Of a DNA stretch of 64,000 nt, positions 38,355-53,200 are shown piece after piece. The notes under the pieces are model-generated. The model was not told where the DNA came from. It saw nothing but the letters and a program-made list of their open reading frames with translations, and ran no database searches. The position numbers and the translations under genes were made by a program. Within the stretch, counting starts at the first letter, position 1. The number at the start of each line of letters is the position of its first letter. This DNA is from Octopus bimaculoides (lineage: Eukaryota), in the NCBI RefSeq assembly GCF_001194135.2, contig NC_068982.1, positions 117,220,692 through 117,284,691 on the forward strand, in the 5' to 3' direction.

Positions 38355-39065
38355 TGTGTGTATGTGTATTTCTCTGCGTGTGACTGGGCGAAAGATCAGT
38401 GGGAAAATGATTTGCTTTATAACTATATTTACATTTCTATTTCATATATTTCTCATCATGTTTACGTGCGTGTGTTACCGTACTAAATACAGATTACACA
38501 AATAAAAAGGGGACTTTTAGCTATTTAAGCCGTGCTAGTATATCTGTATATTGTAAATTTCTTCTTTAACATAAACTCTTATACACAGATCGCATCCATA
38601 AACACATACCTAATTTATCTTATTTCCGTTGTACGCACTTTTCTTTCGCCAGAATTCTAAAACGTTGAACACAATAATAGCCAGAAACTAAGAAAGCTGA
38701 ATGTCAATGCAATATAAAAATTGGGTTGTTAAGATTGTATATGGGACGCTAAAGAGTTTGATTAGGAGTTGGATAACATCTGTTTGAGTGTCATATATAT
38801 TTATATATATGTATACCTATGTATACCTACATACATTTATGTATATATATATACGTGTCTATATATATATATATATATATATNNNNNNNNNNNNNNNNNN
38901 NNNNNNNNNNNNNNNNNNNNNNNNNNNNNNNNNNNNNNNNNNNNNNNNNNNNNNNNNNNNNNNNNNNNNNNNNNNNNNNNNNNNNNNNNNNNNNNNNNNN
39001 NNNNNNNNNNNNNNNNNNNNNNNNNNNNNNNNNNNNNNNNNNNNNNNNNNNNNNNNNNNNNNNNN

Positions 39066-39110
<45 letters not shown>

Positions 39111-40279
39111 ATACATATATATATATATATATATGTGTGTGTGACACCCGTTGAGCGTGTACAGGTAATGTCGATTTGATGGTAGAAGTAAGCTTATGTG
39201 TACAAAAAACATTTCATTATTATAAACAGAACATCTGCGTGGTTGATTGAAAAGAAATTGTCGAACCCTCATACGTCGTCTAACGACGGAGAGTCCATCG
39301 TATGTACACACACACACACACACACACACACATTATATATATAAATCGCAGTGTCCGTGTGTATAATGACTAACGCATACATTTCCACACTTCGCAACTG
39401 ATTTTCACCAGATTTGTACGCACATTACTTGTGTCCAAAGACGCTCATGCACTATAACATTCTGCCCATAGCTTCCGCGTAAAAGGATGTAAATGGACAT
39501 AGGTTTTTGTATATAGGGTCTTCCATGTTTTTTTAATCTATATGGTTGTGTATTAGCATTAGAGAGTAATTTTTAGTGGTTTTCACATATTTTGATTTAT
39601 TGTATATGTATATGTTGTAATTGTGTATCATTAATTTCTATACATTTTCCTATGAGTATTGGCGTGCTTTGTTTCCACAATATTTATGTATTCTTTCAGT
39701 GTTTTGGTTAGAGAATAAGTGAAAGGATTTTGCCTATTTATTTATTTTAGCTGTCTATCTTTCACGGTGATTAAATTGACTAGGAATATTGTACGCGATG
39801 AATATCCAATATCAAACAATCTTACTGTCCATATTTAAACTGCATTAAACATTGGCAAGCTTACCTTTACCTATTCCGAGTTACTTGAAAGGTGATTTTC
39901 CCTTCCCTCTCTTCTATTGGTTGATACCTTTTCTTGTCTACCAATGCGTTGTTTCACTTTAAGGATGCTTATCTACCCATCTGTTATGATATTTAGACTG
40001 TTGTTCAATATGTTTTAGCATTGTCATTCTCGCTTTCTTAAAGATCCACACATGACTCATCCCAATGAATCAACCTTTAAATAAAAGCTTTGCTTCCACT
40101 TGCGAAAGCTATACGTATTTTTCAGAAGGCTCCATACCAATTTAACTTTATGCAGCATTCGCTGTTAGTTTATGCGGAGGCTATGTGGGAAGACAAAATA
40201 AAGGGGCTTTTGTTAGCTTATAATAAAATCGGTAATCACTTGGTACACTAAAACCCATTTTTCTTTTCCTTATAATACA

Positions 40280-41004
40280 AGCAAGCCACCGAAAACGAGA
40301 ACCCGCATTGGCAGATAGTCTTCTGCAGTGACAAGGCAGCAGCACTGGCAGGCTAAGGAAACTGAGGACCAGAGGTCTTGTAGAGTGTTGAAACGAGCTG
40401 CCGCTGCTAGAGCTGTAAGGACCGCAGAAAATTCACAAAAGAGTGCTATCCGTCGGGCACACACTTCACTTGAAAGTTGGCTGTCCTGTCATCGTCCTTC
40501 GCTATGTCAATGCATCTACATTATGCAACGGAACACGGGTCGTGTTCCAGCAGATGATAGGAACGTCATTGAAGCTGGTGTACTTCCAGCCAGCTCCACG
40601 CAAACATCTACGACTTCAGTGTCTTCAACAATCAAAGCCTTCAAAAACTGTATCCACCACAATACTTGGTGCTTCCTCCAAGACCGTCGACTACATGGCT
40701 AAATCCTTCACTAATACATCAGCATGATTTTCATGTTAACTCTGTAGCTACTGCTTCGACACACGGACGCGGGACGGTGCAGGATGGCGTGAGAAGGTCC
40801 AAAAAAGTTTACATCCTAATGGATGGTGTGGACTGGGCACCATTGGTCTGAATAGCTAAAAATTCGAATACAAGGTAATCATCTCCAACTTTCATTGTCC
40901 GTTACCGGCAGACATGATCGTTTTCAATCTTTCAAGATAGCTCACTACCGACTGTCGTTATACGCAGAGGGGCAACTCTCTGCTTGGAATAAGACTCATG
41001 CTAG
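40280..41004 (+). mobile_element. Miniature, decayed Helitron relic
   Basis: GHTLHLKVGCPVIVLRYVNASTLCNGTR (40443-40541) plus frameshifted DRNVIEA match the Pif1-type helicase C-terminus of Helitron RepHel proteins. Upstream ETEDQRSCRVLKRAAAARAVRTAE resembles N-terminal STPR-like repeats. Candidate 3' hairpin at 40964-40983 and CTAG|T at 41001-41005. Boundaries uncertain. Confidence 0.75.
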
Positions 41005-43554
41005 TTATTTTGAGTACGTATATACGTGTATTTTGCTCACTTTTACTGTCATTACAACTTCAGAATTATCTGTCTGCTCTACAACACGACATCCTTACAC
41101 GAGGAACTGCAAAAGTTTCAAAGCAGTATTCGTGAACAGAAGTCAAACTCTGCGTATCTTCATTTTTCGTTACCTGAAGTTTTAACGTCTTCCTTCAATT
41201 CCCTTACACCATTTATGTGGCTGTCTCTGACAAGAAATTTCGCTTTCATGTAAAGCAACTACATTTTGTAGTCATTACCCGTAATCTACTCCCAAAACAC
41301 TTCAGTAGCTCTACTTTCCATCACTTGCTAACTTTAATGATCATAGAGCATATGATCATTAAAATGCAATGACCTCCACGATAACCAGCCTTCAATTTGG
41401 TTTTCCGTTCCTAGGTTAAACGGATACATAGATTGCCGGGCTACTCATAAACCTACTCAGTAGTTCAATTATTTGGTGAAAAAAATACCACCAAAGCAAC
41501 ATAAACCGTCCAAAGGACGGGTGCGTTATATATATATATATACATATATGTGCGTGTGGGTGATGTGTGTGTGTGTGCGTGTGCGTGTGTGCGTGTGTGT
41601 GCGTGTATAGTCAGCAGATAAGATCCAGAGATTCTCTGTATAGAAGACACTTAGTAGCGCTCAAATGATTCAAACTTAAAATCTGATGTCTTTGCGGGGG
41701 ATCAGTCCCGCTGAGTAAAGAATGTCTGTGAGTGGGATCATGGTAAGAAAATATGGAGACAATTACGCGGGTAAACATTTTGGCTTAAGGTTCTAACTCT
41801 TCTGCATATTCACCTTCAAGTTATGTCTGTAAGTCACAGTCACTTTGAAGTGTTTCTGAGGTGTTTATAAAGGTTTGGCTTCCTGAACAGTAATGTTGTA
41901 CGTCCTACAGTTTATTATCTTCATCTTCATAAAACATGTAGCTTAAATATAATTCCAGCTTATGTACATATAGAAAATGTTAATCAGTTATAACTTGCAA
42001 ACACGCTTAAATTATATTTTATATGCACAGAGGTGTAAATATTGATCATATATAAGTCATGAAAACTTTACTTCGTAAAACACCCGTCTTCCAGTTTAGC
42101 GTCACCATTCACTTTAGTACCTATTTGTTAATAACATCATACAATTCACAATTGGACCCACGATAGACCGTTACCTCTTCATTTGTTGTGGTGCTGTTAC
42201 TGTAGACGAAACTCTATTATACTACATCCCAAAATGAGCAGTTCCCTTATTTCTATGATATAGCTTCCAAATATCCTTCAGTTTCTGCTACCACTTGCTT
42301 TCTCACCGCTACCACGATGACTTCTGCTTCACATCACTAACAATCGCAAGCAACCAGCATCCATACCGTTCCGACGCACTCGACTATCTTACTCACCTTA
42401 TCCAACCCTGGAACCAATACTAACCCCTTTTCTTAGTCTTTTTTTTTTCCGTAGAATACCTGCCATATGTACTTTTCTTAATACTTAGCCGTCAACATGC
42501 AGCTCTGTAAGCTCATCAACCGTTAGCCGTCTCCTCTTTCAAAAGGTACATCAAGTCGGTCTTCCTCACAAATCGACACAAACACAAGAAAGAGTGATAT
42601 GGATCATTGCACAATGCTTAATTATTAGAAATGTCAGGATGATATCTTGGACAACATCTTTCTTCGCTACAGATATCTCTTGTGATGCTGCAAAAGAAAT
42701 AATCAGTGTTATGAAGCAAAGCCTACTTCATTGGACGTCCATCAGAATATAATAGCCATCACTTAAATTTTCATTAGCATAACGTTAATCCACTAAAATT
42801 TCAAGGTTATACACTCCAGTCAAGTACACCATCGCAGTTATGGATTTGTTTAAAGCAAGAAATAAATCATTATAACTAGGTAGTTAATATTTCTATATCT
42901 AATATATTCAATATCTTTTCACTTTACGGATTCACTAACGAGATTGTTAAGATACCAATATATTTTACAGTAACAATACTCTAGTAAATGCTGCAAAATA
43001 ACTTTTCAAATATATCGACACCATTTTCATGTTACTTCCGTTCTGTGGCACCAAATCTATCACGAATTTGTAACACGTCACTGTGAAAAAGAATTCAACA
43101 TTTTTCTGATATATCTGGCAAAGATTGCACGCCTTCTTGGAATTCAGTTTCATGTTTTACCTTCAGTGTTGTAGCGAAGTGATGTAATAACGTCGATTAC
43201 AAAAGTTACTTAAACAGTGAATTATTATATTATTGACGTCTTTTCATGTTTTCAATCTTAGAACGTCTGAGAATACAATGGACACTACTTTCGTCACAGC
43301 TAACTAGTAAAAGGGCAATATTTTATATTACATTGATTTTGTTGATATAATGGATCTCTTGTTGGATATTAAATAGAAGTAAGATGGTGTGACGTTCATG
43401 TGTTTCACAAGTACATTCACATCGCAATTAAAGTGAACGGGAATAATCGGAGAGCTCAAAACGAGTGGTATTCATTTAGTAGGGTTGAGTATAACTTGTG
43501 TTATATTGATATTATGAAGTATTAGCAAATACATAATATTAATATCCTTAGAAA

Positions 43555-43715
43555 AGTAGGTGCAGTAAAGCTAAGCTGATAAGAAATTTGCTTCTTAACT
43601 ACGAGGTCTCGGTTTCGTTCCCAATGTGCGCCAAATTACCAGACGGTATTTTCTATAGCCTCAGGCAGCAGCTCCACATCTTTAAAGTGATATTTGGTTG
43701 ATGGAACTCCAATGA
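43555..43715 (+). mobile_element. Old SINE family B 5' half
   Basis: ggtttcgttcccaatgtgcg..tattttctatagcctcagg..gtgatatttggttgatggaac aligns with the reverse complement of 57795-57956. Confidence 0.55.
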
Positions 43716-45709
43716 AATCTCGCCAAGCAGAGTAGCACATGTCTATCTAAAGATTAGAGCTTCACCACTCATTGTCACATTGTGGTACCTGAATCTTACT
43801 TTAAGGACATACATATCTAGATGATATTCAAAGGCTTTCGTGCTAATTCAGGAGCAGCTTAATAAGTTGATCGAATATCCGAATGCTCACTATTAATCGA
43901 CGGAAATGCAGGGTTATTCTGAAACTTGAAGAAAAGCCTGTTGGTATAAATACTTCCAATTAAAACACAAAAAAGAAATCTAAATATCTTGCTATAAAAT
44001 ACTGAAGAAAAAATACTTCATATAAATAACAATTTTAAAAACAAAATTCCACTTTTGCTTTTTACGGTGGGAAATAGGAAAAAGTTAAGTAAAAGAAAAG
44101 AAAAAAAAGCAGACATGAAATAATCTGTTTATTGAACTTGCTGTATTTCATCGAATATAAATATCGAATTCTCTCCTGGTACAAGGTCATTAAAAACTCT
44201 AGAGTGTTCTAGATTATCCATCTTATATCATTTTGAGGGGACTGACAAACATAATGATAACCTTAAACGTTTTAATATGTGAAAAACAGAAATATTTATC
44301 ATTCAATCTTTTTCACTACCTGATACCATTACGCAGACATGACAAATATAATGTCAAAGATCGAATTTAAAGTCTCGAATGATATTTATGTTTCACTTTT
44401 GTTTTTATTGTAGAGACTTATCTATATATCTGGTAAACTCTGAATAATTTATGAAGGTTATGAAATATTGGACCTACACATGCAAAACATTTCCTGAAAT
44501 ATCACAATTACAAAAGTATGCCATTTAAAACTTATCTCTCATATTACTTAAAGTTACAACATTTTTATATAAACTGTTGTACGTGAATCATATTTATTAT
44601 ATGACATAATATGAAAGCGAAAGATGGTTTATTTCGATAGTCTTGCCAACTAACTAGCAAACAAAACCATTTTTATATCATGTTTCAAACATACACACCG
44701 ACACATACACACACACACACACACACACATACACACACACACACGCACACACACACACACGCACATACACACACACACACGCACACACACATACATATAT
44801 GAGAGACAAAAAACACTAAACGATTCAATAGTTGCACGCATACATGTCTGTTTAAGATTTTTTGTAAATATTGTGTTCAATCCAACTGAGCAGCAGAATG
44901 CAAAATCTTATCCCATCATGGTCTTTTGTCGACTAAGATCTTGAGAATGCAATAGGATAGACTGAAAATGTGTGGAAGCCCGAAAGGAGAACTACAGTTT
45001 TTTTCTGTTGGTATGTTGAGTCTATCGCTGGTGTAATATCACCACCTGGTCTTCTAGTGTACACATATTTATGTAAATATTCTGGAAAGTTTTCTGGGTT
45101 GATTATTATACCCTCATACTAATATCAAAGGCTTAGAAATTGATCATAAAGTTACCCGCAGCTCTACGATAAAGTCTTAAAAAATAAATAGCATAATTCC
45201 CTACCAATATAGTAGAGTTATGGGAGGAAGCAACGAAACAGTGAAGAGCTGCAGAACTGGCATGTATTTCGAACATGTCAGCCGAGACGAAATCCAGCAA
45301 TGAAGCCATCGCGTGACTTAAGGTGATGGTTCTCGAAAAAAGTCGCTTAATGCGTTGTGAAATAAGGACGTGGGTATTTGTTAGTATATTAACATTATGC
45401 AGGTTTCATTACAAACACAACGGTGTTCATGTTGTATAGTTTTTATTTTAGATTTATGTATTTTCTTAGATTTTTACAGTTGGTTTGGAACAGGAAAGTT
45501 CCTAAATCCATATCCGACGTTTCTTGATATTTACAGTCTCCTCTTCAAGAATTGATTGATTTTCTATGCACATTTATTATTTACTGTGCATCAATTGAGT
45601 CCGTGTCAACATTACTGTCACAAGGGATTTGGGACGGTAAGCATCATGCAACATTAGTCACGTGTTGATTTTGTTGTTGCGGTCGAATTTAGACCCTTAA
45701 ATTTAAATA

Positions 45710-46744
45710 CAGGGTGCGTAAGGTATTTGAGGACTTACATTTTTCGGGGTCATTGCTGCATTTTCTGCTAATACTGTATAATCTTTATTTCAGAAATTTA
45801 AATGGCAGACCGTCAGTTCACTCAAGAAAAGAAGAAGCATGCTGTTATTGTACTTATAAAGGCTGAGCATAGTGATTTAGTAATATCTCGAGTCCTAAAA
45901 GTTGCCAGATCTTTCGTCTACAAAGTCTGTAAAGAGCTAGAGACTGAAAATGGAAACGTATCACTAGTATCTAAGTATAACAGCATTCTATACGCTCAGA
46001 AATCATTGGAACACCGGAATGTATCCAGCAAGTTCAACAGACCCTTGATTACAATCGCAGAAAATCCATGAGGCCAATTTCAAAAGATCTCCATGCGTCA
46101 GAAGGAACAGTCAGAAATGTTGTCCATGAAGACATCAGATATAATCTTATATGATGAGGAAAGGTCAATTTGTCAGAAAAGCCCAAGAATATCACTACAT
46201 CAGATCTAAAAGGCTCTTAAACAAACTGAAAAATCCAGCAGAATAAAATTTGATTTGATTTTTCTCAATCGAGAAAAACGTCGACCAATATCAAAAAGTT
46301 AACAGAAGAAATGACAGATGCTTATGTGCAGACCCTTCTGAAGTTTCACGTGGTATACATACACAATTTCCCTCAACTCTCATGGTTTTAGGGGTTGTCA
46401 GCGATGAAGGATACGTCATGCCTCCCTACTTCTTTCCACAAGACCTTAGAATTCACTTTAGAGAGAGTGGTCAGTGAATACGGCCATAACACCAAAGATT
46501 CTTTGAATGCTGCCATAGTCCGAGTAATGTCCAAAATGAAGCAGGACCATTGATTCGGGCATATAAATGATTTAGATCTCGTATAGAAGCGGTTGTTGAA
46601 GCTGAAGTTGGCTTTATTGAATAACATTAAAGAAAAGGTTTATTTTTATCCTCATAGCATTCTTGATAAATAAAGTTATTTGTTATTATATATCTGTCAT
46701 CTTTTATAAACATAATTCTGTCCTCAAATATCTTACGCAACCTG
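45710..46744 (+). mobile_element. Internally deleted mariner-like transposon, probably maT/DD37D type
   Basis: 25-bp TIRs cagggtgcgtaaggtatttgaggac (45710-45734) and 46720-46744, 23/25 identical, with TA at 45708-45709 and 46745-46746. Transposase relic MADRQFTQEKKKHAVIVLIKAEHSD..ARSFVYKV, RKSMRPISKDL, VNRRNDR, MVLGVVSDEGYVMPPYFFPQDLRI, then HNTKDSLNAAI..FRSRIEAVVEAEVGFIE*. Confidence 0.92.
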
Positions 46745-49377
46745 TATTTTGCTTTATGCCAGTGGCCATGTGATATTCGACAAAGCATAGAAGATTGATT
46801 ATGGAAATCATATTCATGTCGCAATGCAATGCCAAATTTCACACGCAAACACACACATCAAAAGGAGTACAAATCCCCCACTCCCATACTATAACATATA
46901 TCCAACCACAACAAATGGACATCACTACAACTGGCGATTGTAAGATGGAGTTCTGAAAACAAGTAGCATATTAATCACCCAAATCTATCACACTGAGGTC
47001 AGAAAATCGCTGGGCTATAAATGTGGAATCTACGTAAAGTTTTGATTTGTGTGTAAAATATTTGGCATTGTAATCATAATAAACACAACAATAGTGATGC
47101 AGGGTAATGTCTGTTGTGAAGTCATAGAAAACTAATCCAGAAATTCGAATTTTGGAGTGTTGTACTTAAGTCACAATTCTAAACTTAATCCATCAAGCCT
47201 ATGATTAAAAGATGGAAATGTAATGTATACAGAATTATACTGAAAGTGTAAGACAATCTGGCGGAGATTTGGTTGCGATTTTTAGCACGTCGATTGATAA
47301 CATAGGCGCTGACAGTTGCCGCGTTTTAAGTATTAGCTAATTCCAGATACTGGAGAATTATTGTACAAACATTTAGCGTGGAACCAGGCTGTGGAGGAGC
47401 AATAGGTCAACGTCATGTGATTTGTCATGTAATGGGATTTCAATATTATTCGACCGTAGTCATTTCATTTTGCTAAACTATTAATGGCTGAACATCTAAA
47501 ATACCTATTTTAATTCCCCTTTAATTCTATTAAAAAACAAATTTTGCTCTGTTTTCTCATTGGGCCATATGAGAGACCAATATTCAACAAGTCGTTTATA
47601 AAATGCTAATATCCTTTTCGCAACATCTTGAATTCAATGAATAATGAGCTGTTAAGAATTATTGCATCATTAGCGTTGCTTGAAATTATTGATATATGAA
47701 TTAACTCTCGTAGTTAATACAGAATGTATTTACTAAGTTAAATCGACGGCAAATATTCCATAAGGTTTCAACATATAAATGAACTTTATCAGAATTTGTA
47801 TGGTAAAATATCGTTATGGTAATGATCGATTTATAAGCTCATTGTTTCCAAAAAGAATTCTGGAGGTAAAAAGAAAGGCAAAGAAAGAAAGAAAGAAAGA
47901 AAGAACGAATGAATGAAAGATAGAAAGAAAAGAAGAAAGACAGAACGACAAAGAAGAGGTAGAAACTATTCAGTGACCACGTGATACAGCTCTGAAAGTA
48001 CTTCATTAAATACTTTATAGAAAATTCAATGCAATTTGAGGTATAAATCCTTCGATCAATAATCAATCTTATGAAAATTCCGAAATTAGATTTGTATCAG
48101 GAACAAAATACATGCCAAGGTAAATGGAAGTTTTCATAAGCGCATTAGCCATTCATGGCAACAGAAATAAATTCAAGCGCGAATTAGAATCGGATCACGA
48201 ACTTGTCTTGCCGGAAGCTTGACTTAACTCTTGGTAGCTCAATGACTTCATGATTAAGCAGTTGAAGGTCTTCACGAATAGTGATAGGAAACCATTTAAA
48301 ATCAGGGAAAATTCTGCTTTAGGCTAAAATCTATGCCAGGTTTTATCCAAATTAACATATAATATAAATACCATTTATGAATGCAATGTCCAAATGACAA
48401 AGGAAAATGTAGGTGGTTCCTGGAGGAGGGAAGTGAAACTGTTAATGACGTATATCAAGTAGCGTTTAATCTTCACTTACTTTAAATACTTAAACAAATA
48501 TTAAAGATGGATTCAAACACCTTTCTTCACACGTGACATCGAACAATTAATTATAAATAATATTTCATTATCACCGTGAATTATCCTTAGTAGGATCAGT
48601 AATAACAGAAACAGTACACTACAGTGCAGTGATAAAAGCGAAATAGCAGGTTTCTCTCGAGGAGTGATATAAAAATCGCATGTCAGAGCAATGGAAAGTA
48701 TAATCGACGGATTACCCGAGAAACATTTGTACCGCAATTTCTGATTCGTCATATGTCCCCGTTTATAGTATGTTACAGAACTTAAATGAATAGATTACAT
48801 TCTTTCCCTACATATTTGAACAAAGATAGATCATTGTTTATTAAGTGATCACTGCAGAGGAATGGAAATGGTGATAACACATCGATACAGCAAAATTAGA
48901 AGTTTAATGGCATGTATATTTTCCCTATTGAAAATAGATGGAATATAAATTTCAGAGTAGTGAAAAGCAAATACTTGGTATTGCATAAAGTGATAAAATG
49001 TTATAAGACATTTAATCTGGAAACTTCATCTACTTGGTCTCAACCTGCTTTTCAGATAGGATGTACCAAAATAATTAGAAAATCGTCATAGTTACAACTG
49101 CTAGTCTTCACACGCCCTAATAATTGTTGAAGGAAAACTTCATCCTCTAGCTATAGAAGTCAACCTTTCTAGATTGTGGAAATCGACTTTAATAGATAAA
49201 AGTATCATTAGATTATTTAACGCGTATATTTAAACAGTAAACAATATGGTCACCTCTAGAAAATGTAACAGCTAACAGGTCCTAAAATCAAAGGCCAGAA
49301 AGCCGCAAAGTTATTGAAATGAACGATAAGTTGCTTCACTCGCAATTTATTGCTGCCACATATTTGTACAGTCACAA

Positions 49378-49413
49378 GTTCTTCTTCTTCTTCTTCTTCT
49401 TCTTCTTCTTCTT

Positions 49414-49444
<31 letters not shown>

Positions 49445-49621
49445 TCCTCCTCCTCCTCCTCCTCCTCTCCACTTCCTCCTTCCCTTTCTTCTTCTTCTTC
49501 TTCTTCTTCTTCTTCTTCGTGTTCTTCTTCTTCTTCTTGTTCTTGTTCTTCTTCTTGTTCTTCGTCTTCTTGTTGTTGTTGTTGTTGTTGTTGTTGTTCT
49601 TCTTCTTCTTCTTCTTCTTCT

Positions 49622-49656
<35 letters not shown>

Positions 49657-49667
49657 TTCTTCTTCCT
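49378..49667. repeat. Compound (TTC)n/(TCC)n/(TTG)n microsatellite
   Basis: Visible directly. Confidence 0.98.
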
Positions 49668-49933
49668 GTTTGTATGTATTTGGGTTACATATTACTGCAG
49701 TCGCATATGATTACCCTGCATGGACGTCATTATGATTATATATGACTGTATGTATGAATAAACAAATATACTTTTAAAAGACAATTATATATTACTATAC
49801 TTAGACATTCTTACGGCCATATATTATTGTAGTTATAGAGTATTATGGATATAAATCGTACAATATTATGGGAATTAAATGTTGTTACGCATTTAAAATT
49901 TTTATTCCAGTTATATATCATTGCATTACTTAT

Positions 49934-49968
<35 letters not shown>

Positions 49969-51497
49969 TATTGTTGTTATACATTACTGAGTTTCTATGA
50001 TATGTGTTACTTCACTTAAAGGTTACTTGAGCATATGGTATGCAGATAGTCTAAGATATTCGACTGACGTTTGTAAATGTGTCGGTGCATTTACTTGTCG
50101 GGGCGGTGCTTATGTTTTTGAATATATATCCTCAAGCTACGTGAATATATACAAGTGCGGTTATATATGTGTATGGTCACATAATTTTCTGTTGATATAT
50201 TACTGTAGGTATGCAGTACTCTAGGTTATGAATAGGCAGAGAATTTAGAAGCGCATGTAATTGAGATATGTAGGTGTCTATTATCCAGCATAGATTTTTA
50301 TTCCATTACTGCGATATGATACTAAAGGTATTTGGTTGCTATTTCACGTAGATATAATGGCTGTTTATTTGTTCTTTTGTTCTTTGTTCTTTGTTCTTGA
50401 ATAAAATATTTTAAGTAATTCTAGATAAATGACGAGCGAAACCTATTCACTAAACTACTTAGATTTTATAGTGACCCTGTAATATTCCCTGCAGAAAGTA
50501 TGTTACTGGATACGTGGTCTACAGCATAACCGCAATAAAATCAGAGTTTAATCGATTTAAAGAAAACTAATAAATCTTTAACATTCTATTTCAATCCGAA
50601 AATGCAAATCCATTAAACGCCATACATGTGGTAGAAGAAAGAAAAAAAAAAATAAGATGAAGTCAAATATTGATAATTGTTATTGTTGTTATTTTTTTCT
50701 AGCATTTTCTTAATTAATATTTTACAATATGCAGATTTAGTTGAATTCTTAAAATGGTTCTATTCAGCCACCTTAATTTCATGAATAAATATTTATTCGT
50801 TTAAAAATAGGAAATTGAATTGTCAATAATCTGTTTGATAAAAACAACTTTTTTGTTATTTAGAAATGAATTACGAGATAAATGTAAATACAGGGAACAT
50901 TTCCTTAAGGGAAACATCAGCTAATGCATTTGAGGTTGGTTCATACATTTTTGAAACATAAGCATTCTATCTTACGGGGAAACAATGTCCAAATATATTT
51001 TTTCCGGTTATATATCAGCATATTTTTGAATAACATATTGGATATTGATTTCTAATTTTGGTGCAAAAGCACAGGATTGAATGTGAATGGAAGGTTGTAG
51101 AGGTAGCTGAAGATTTCCAGTATAATATGGAGTATGTTGTATAAAATTATAATTCGCCGCAAACGGTGTTTAATCTCAGAATGTGTGGGAAAATTCGTAA
51201 AGGCAATAAAACTGACAATGTACTTTTTCTGCCGTATGACAGAATATTTAATAATATTTAATTATACAATTAATTGTTCCATTCCTCCTCTAAATACGGA
51301 AGAATGGAACAATCAATATATCGACTGCAAAACTTGACTCGTACTTTATTTGATCAATCCAGGAAGGGTGAGTAGTAAAGGTGGTTAAGGCTAGGATTGA
51401 ACCTACATGATACAGGGTAGTAAGAAAGTACCGCGAGTATTTTGCCTTACACATTACTAAATCTGCAAAACGACTGAAATATTGAATACACTTTTGT

Positions 51498-51552
51498 TTA
51501 CTCTTTTACTTGTTTCAGTCATTTGACTGCGGCCATGCTGGAGCACCGCCTT
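51498..51552 (-). mobile_element. SINE family B 3' stub
   Basis: ctcttttacttgtttcagtcatttgactgcggccatgctggagcaccgcctt, nearly identical to 57219-57271. Confidence 0.9.
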
Positions 51553-52914
51553 GTTTACATAAAAAGTCTACTAATAAAACTACTATTGATCGTAAAATCT
51601 ATAAGAACTGCATGTAAGTATCACAGTTAAAAGCAGTTTAAGAATGAACTAAGGTTAGGATAGTGTCTCATATTTCGGACTCACAACAGATCAAACACAT
51701 AACACAAACTTGTGTGGTTACACAACTATTTTGCTTCAAGCAATTCAGCCAATTTTACCAATATCTTGAAATATATGAAATGGTAGTGGAACCTTAAAAT
51801 GATAGTGGAACAAATTCTTCCATGGTATTCTTGAAAATCCACCTATACCTGGAGATGTTTTGGCCAACACCAACTGCATAATTTGAAAATAATATATAAA
51901 CTTCATTCACAGTTATCCCGAAATAAATACCGCAGCTAACTAAAAACTTCTAACCCTTAAATTGTTGTTAGATTTGTTCTTAGGCAAGACATGAATGCTG
52001 GCTGTGAATAATCCGATTGCATGTAATTTTATACCAATATTTATTTCACTTCAAAATTAACAACTAAAGAAAAAACGGAATGTATGATGCTCATGCACTT
52101 ATAATGGAGCAAAGTTCTTTCAAATGAGAATCTAAAATATCTCTATGGAATGTATAGTGAGTTATTATTTACACAAGAGGCGTATTAGAATAGTAACTTG
52201 ATGCGTATCTGGTAAATATGCATAATTGTGTACGGGAATGTAAAATGTTAGCGAAAGCTTATGCTTTCAACTAGGATCGTTTGAGGCTGAAATACGTTTG
52301 CATAGCATAGTTAACATAATAGAAAAGAGAAAAAGAAAAAAAATGATACCTTAGCATTTATACGAGTGTTAAGAAAACGTAATTCTGACGAGCTTATGAA
52401 AATCTGAATAATTCTACCCCATATTTTAACACCGAAGAGTAAATTATATTCCAGATTTAATAGCGCCGGTAGTTACATTGATATGGCGGTGGGTACGAAG
52501 ACGAAATTGATGGTAATCGTAATATGACTTAAAAGCTCTAAACTAACAATTCAATTCCATTGCAAGCAATCAGATCACCGGTAGTAAATTTCTGATAATG
52601 CCTACTCACTTCGTTAGTGATAAACGCATCATATGAAAATATCAATTAAGGATTTATGACACTAGTACTTGAGATATTCCCATTAAGCAGGTATTCAGCA
52701 CAAATCATTTAAAGAGATATCTATAGTAAATGATTCTGTTCAGAACCTTATTTCAATGGATCTAGCATTGGATCATACACAACTGGCGTTGGTAATAAGC
52801 ATTGTTCGCCTAAGTTATATAGGGGAGATGGCAGTTTCAAGTAATGACATCCCGACATCTGGTAGAAGCAATTATTATCTGTAAGTGAATTCTTCGTATT
52901 CTGGCAAAAATAAA

Positions 52915-52966
52915 AGATTGTTGTTGTCTTTGCTGTGGTTGTTGTTGTTGATTTTGTTGTTGCTGT

Positions 52967-53042
<76 letters not shown>

Positions 53043-53159
53043 AAGGGTAATGAGGATGATAATAGTAATGAGGATTAGCATGAGGAGGAGGATAACGGTG
53101 ATAACAATGAGGATAATTATGATGACGACGACGATGACGATGACAACAGCGACGACGAC

Positions 53160-53192
<33 letters not shown>

Positions 53193-53200
53193 AATGAATG
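52915..53200. repeat. Compound (GTT)n/(GAT)n/(GAC)n microsatellite
   Basis: Visible directly; source of the poly-M/poly-H ORFs. Confidence 0.96.

Noticed and set aside
52687-52884. 66-codon open frame ending at a gtaagt
   Set aside because: No recognisable protein signal, and the frame stops exactly there; treated as chance.
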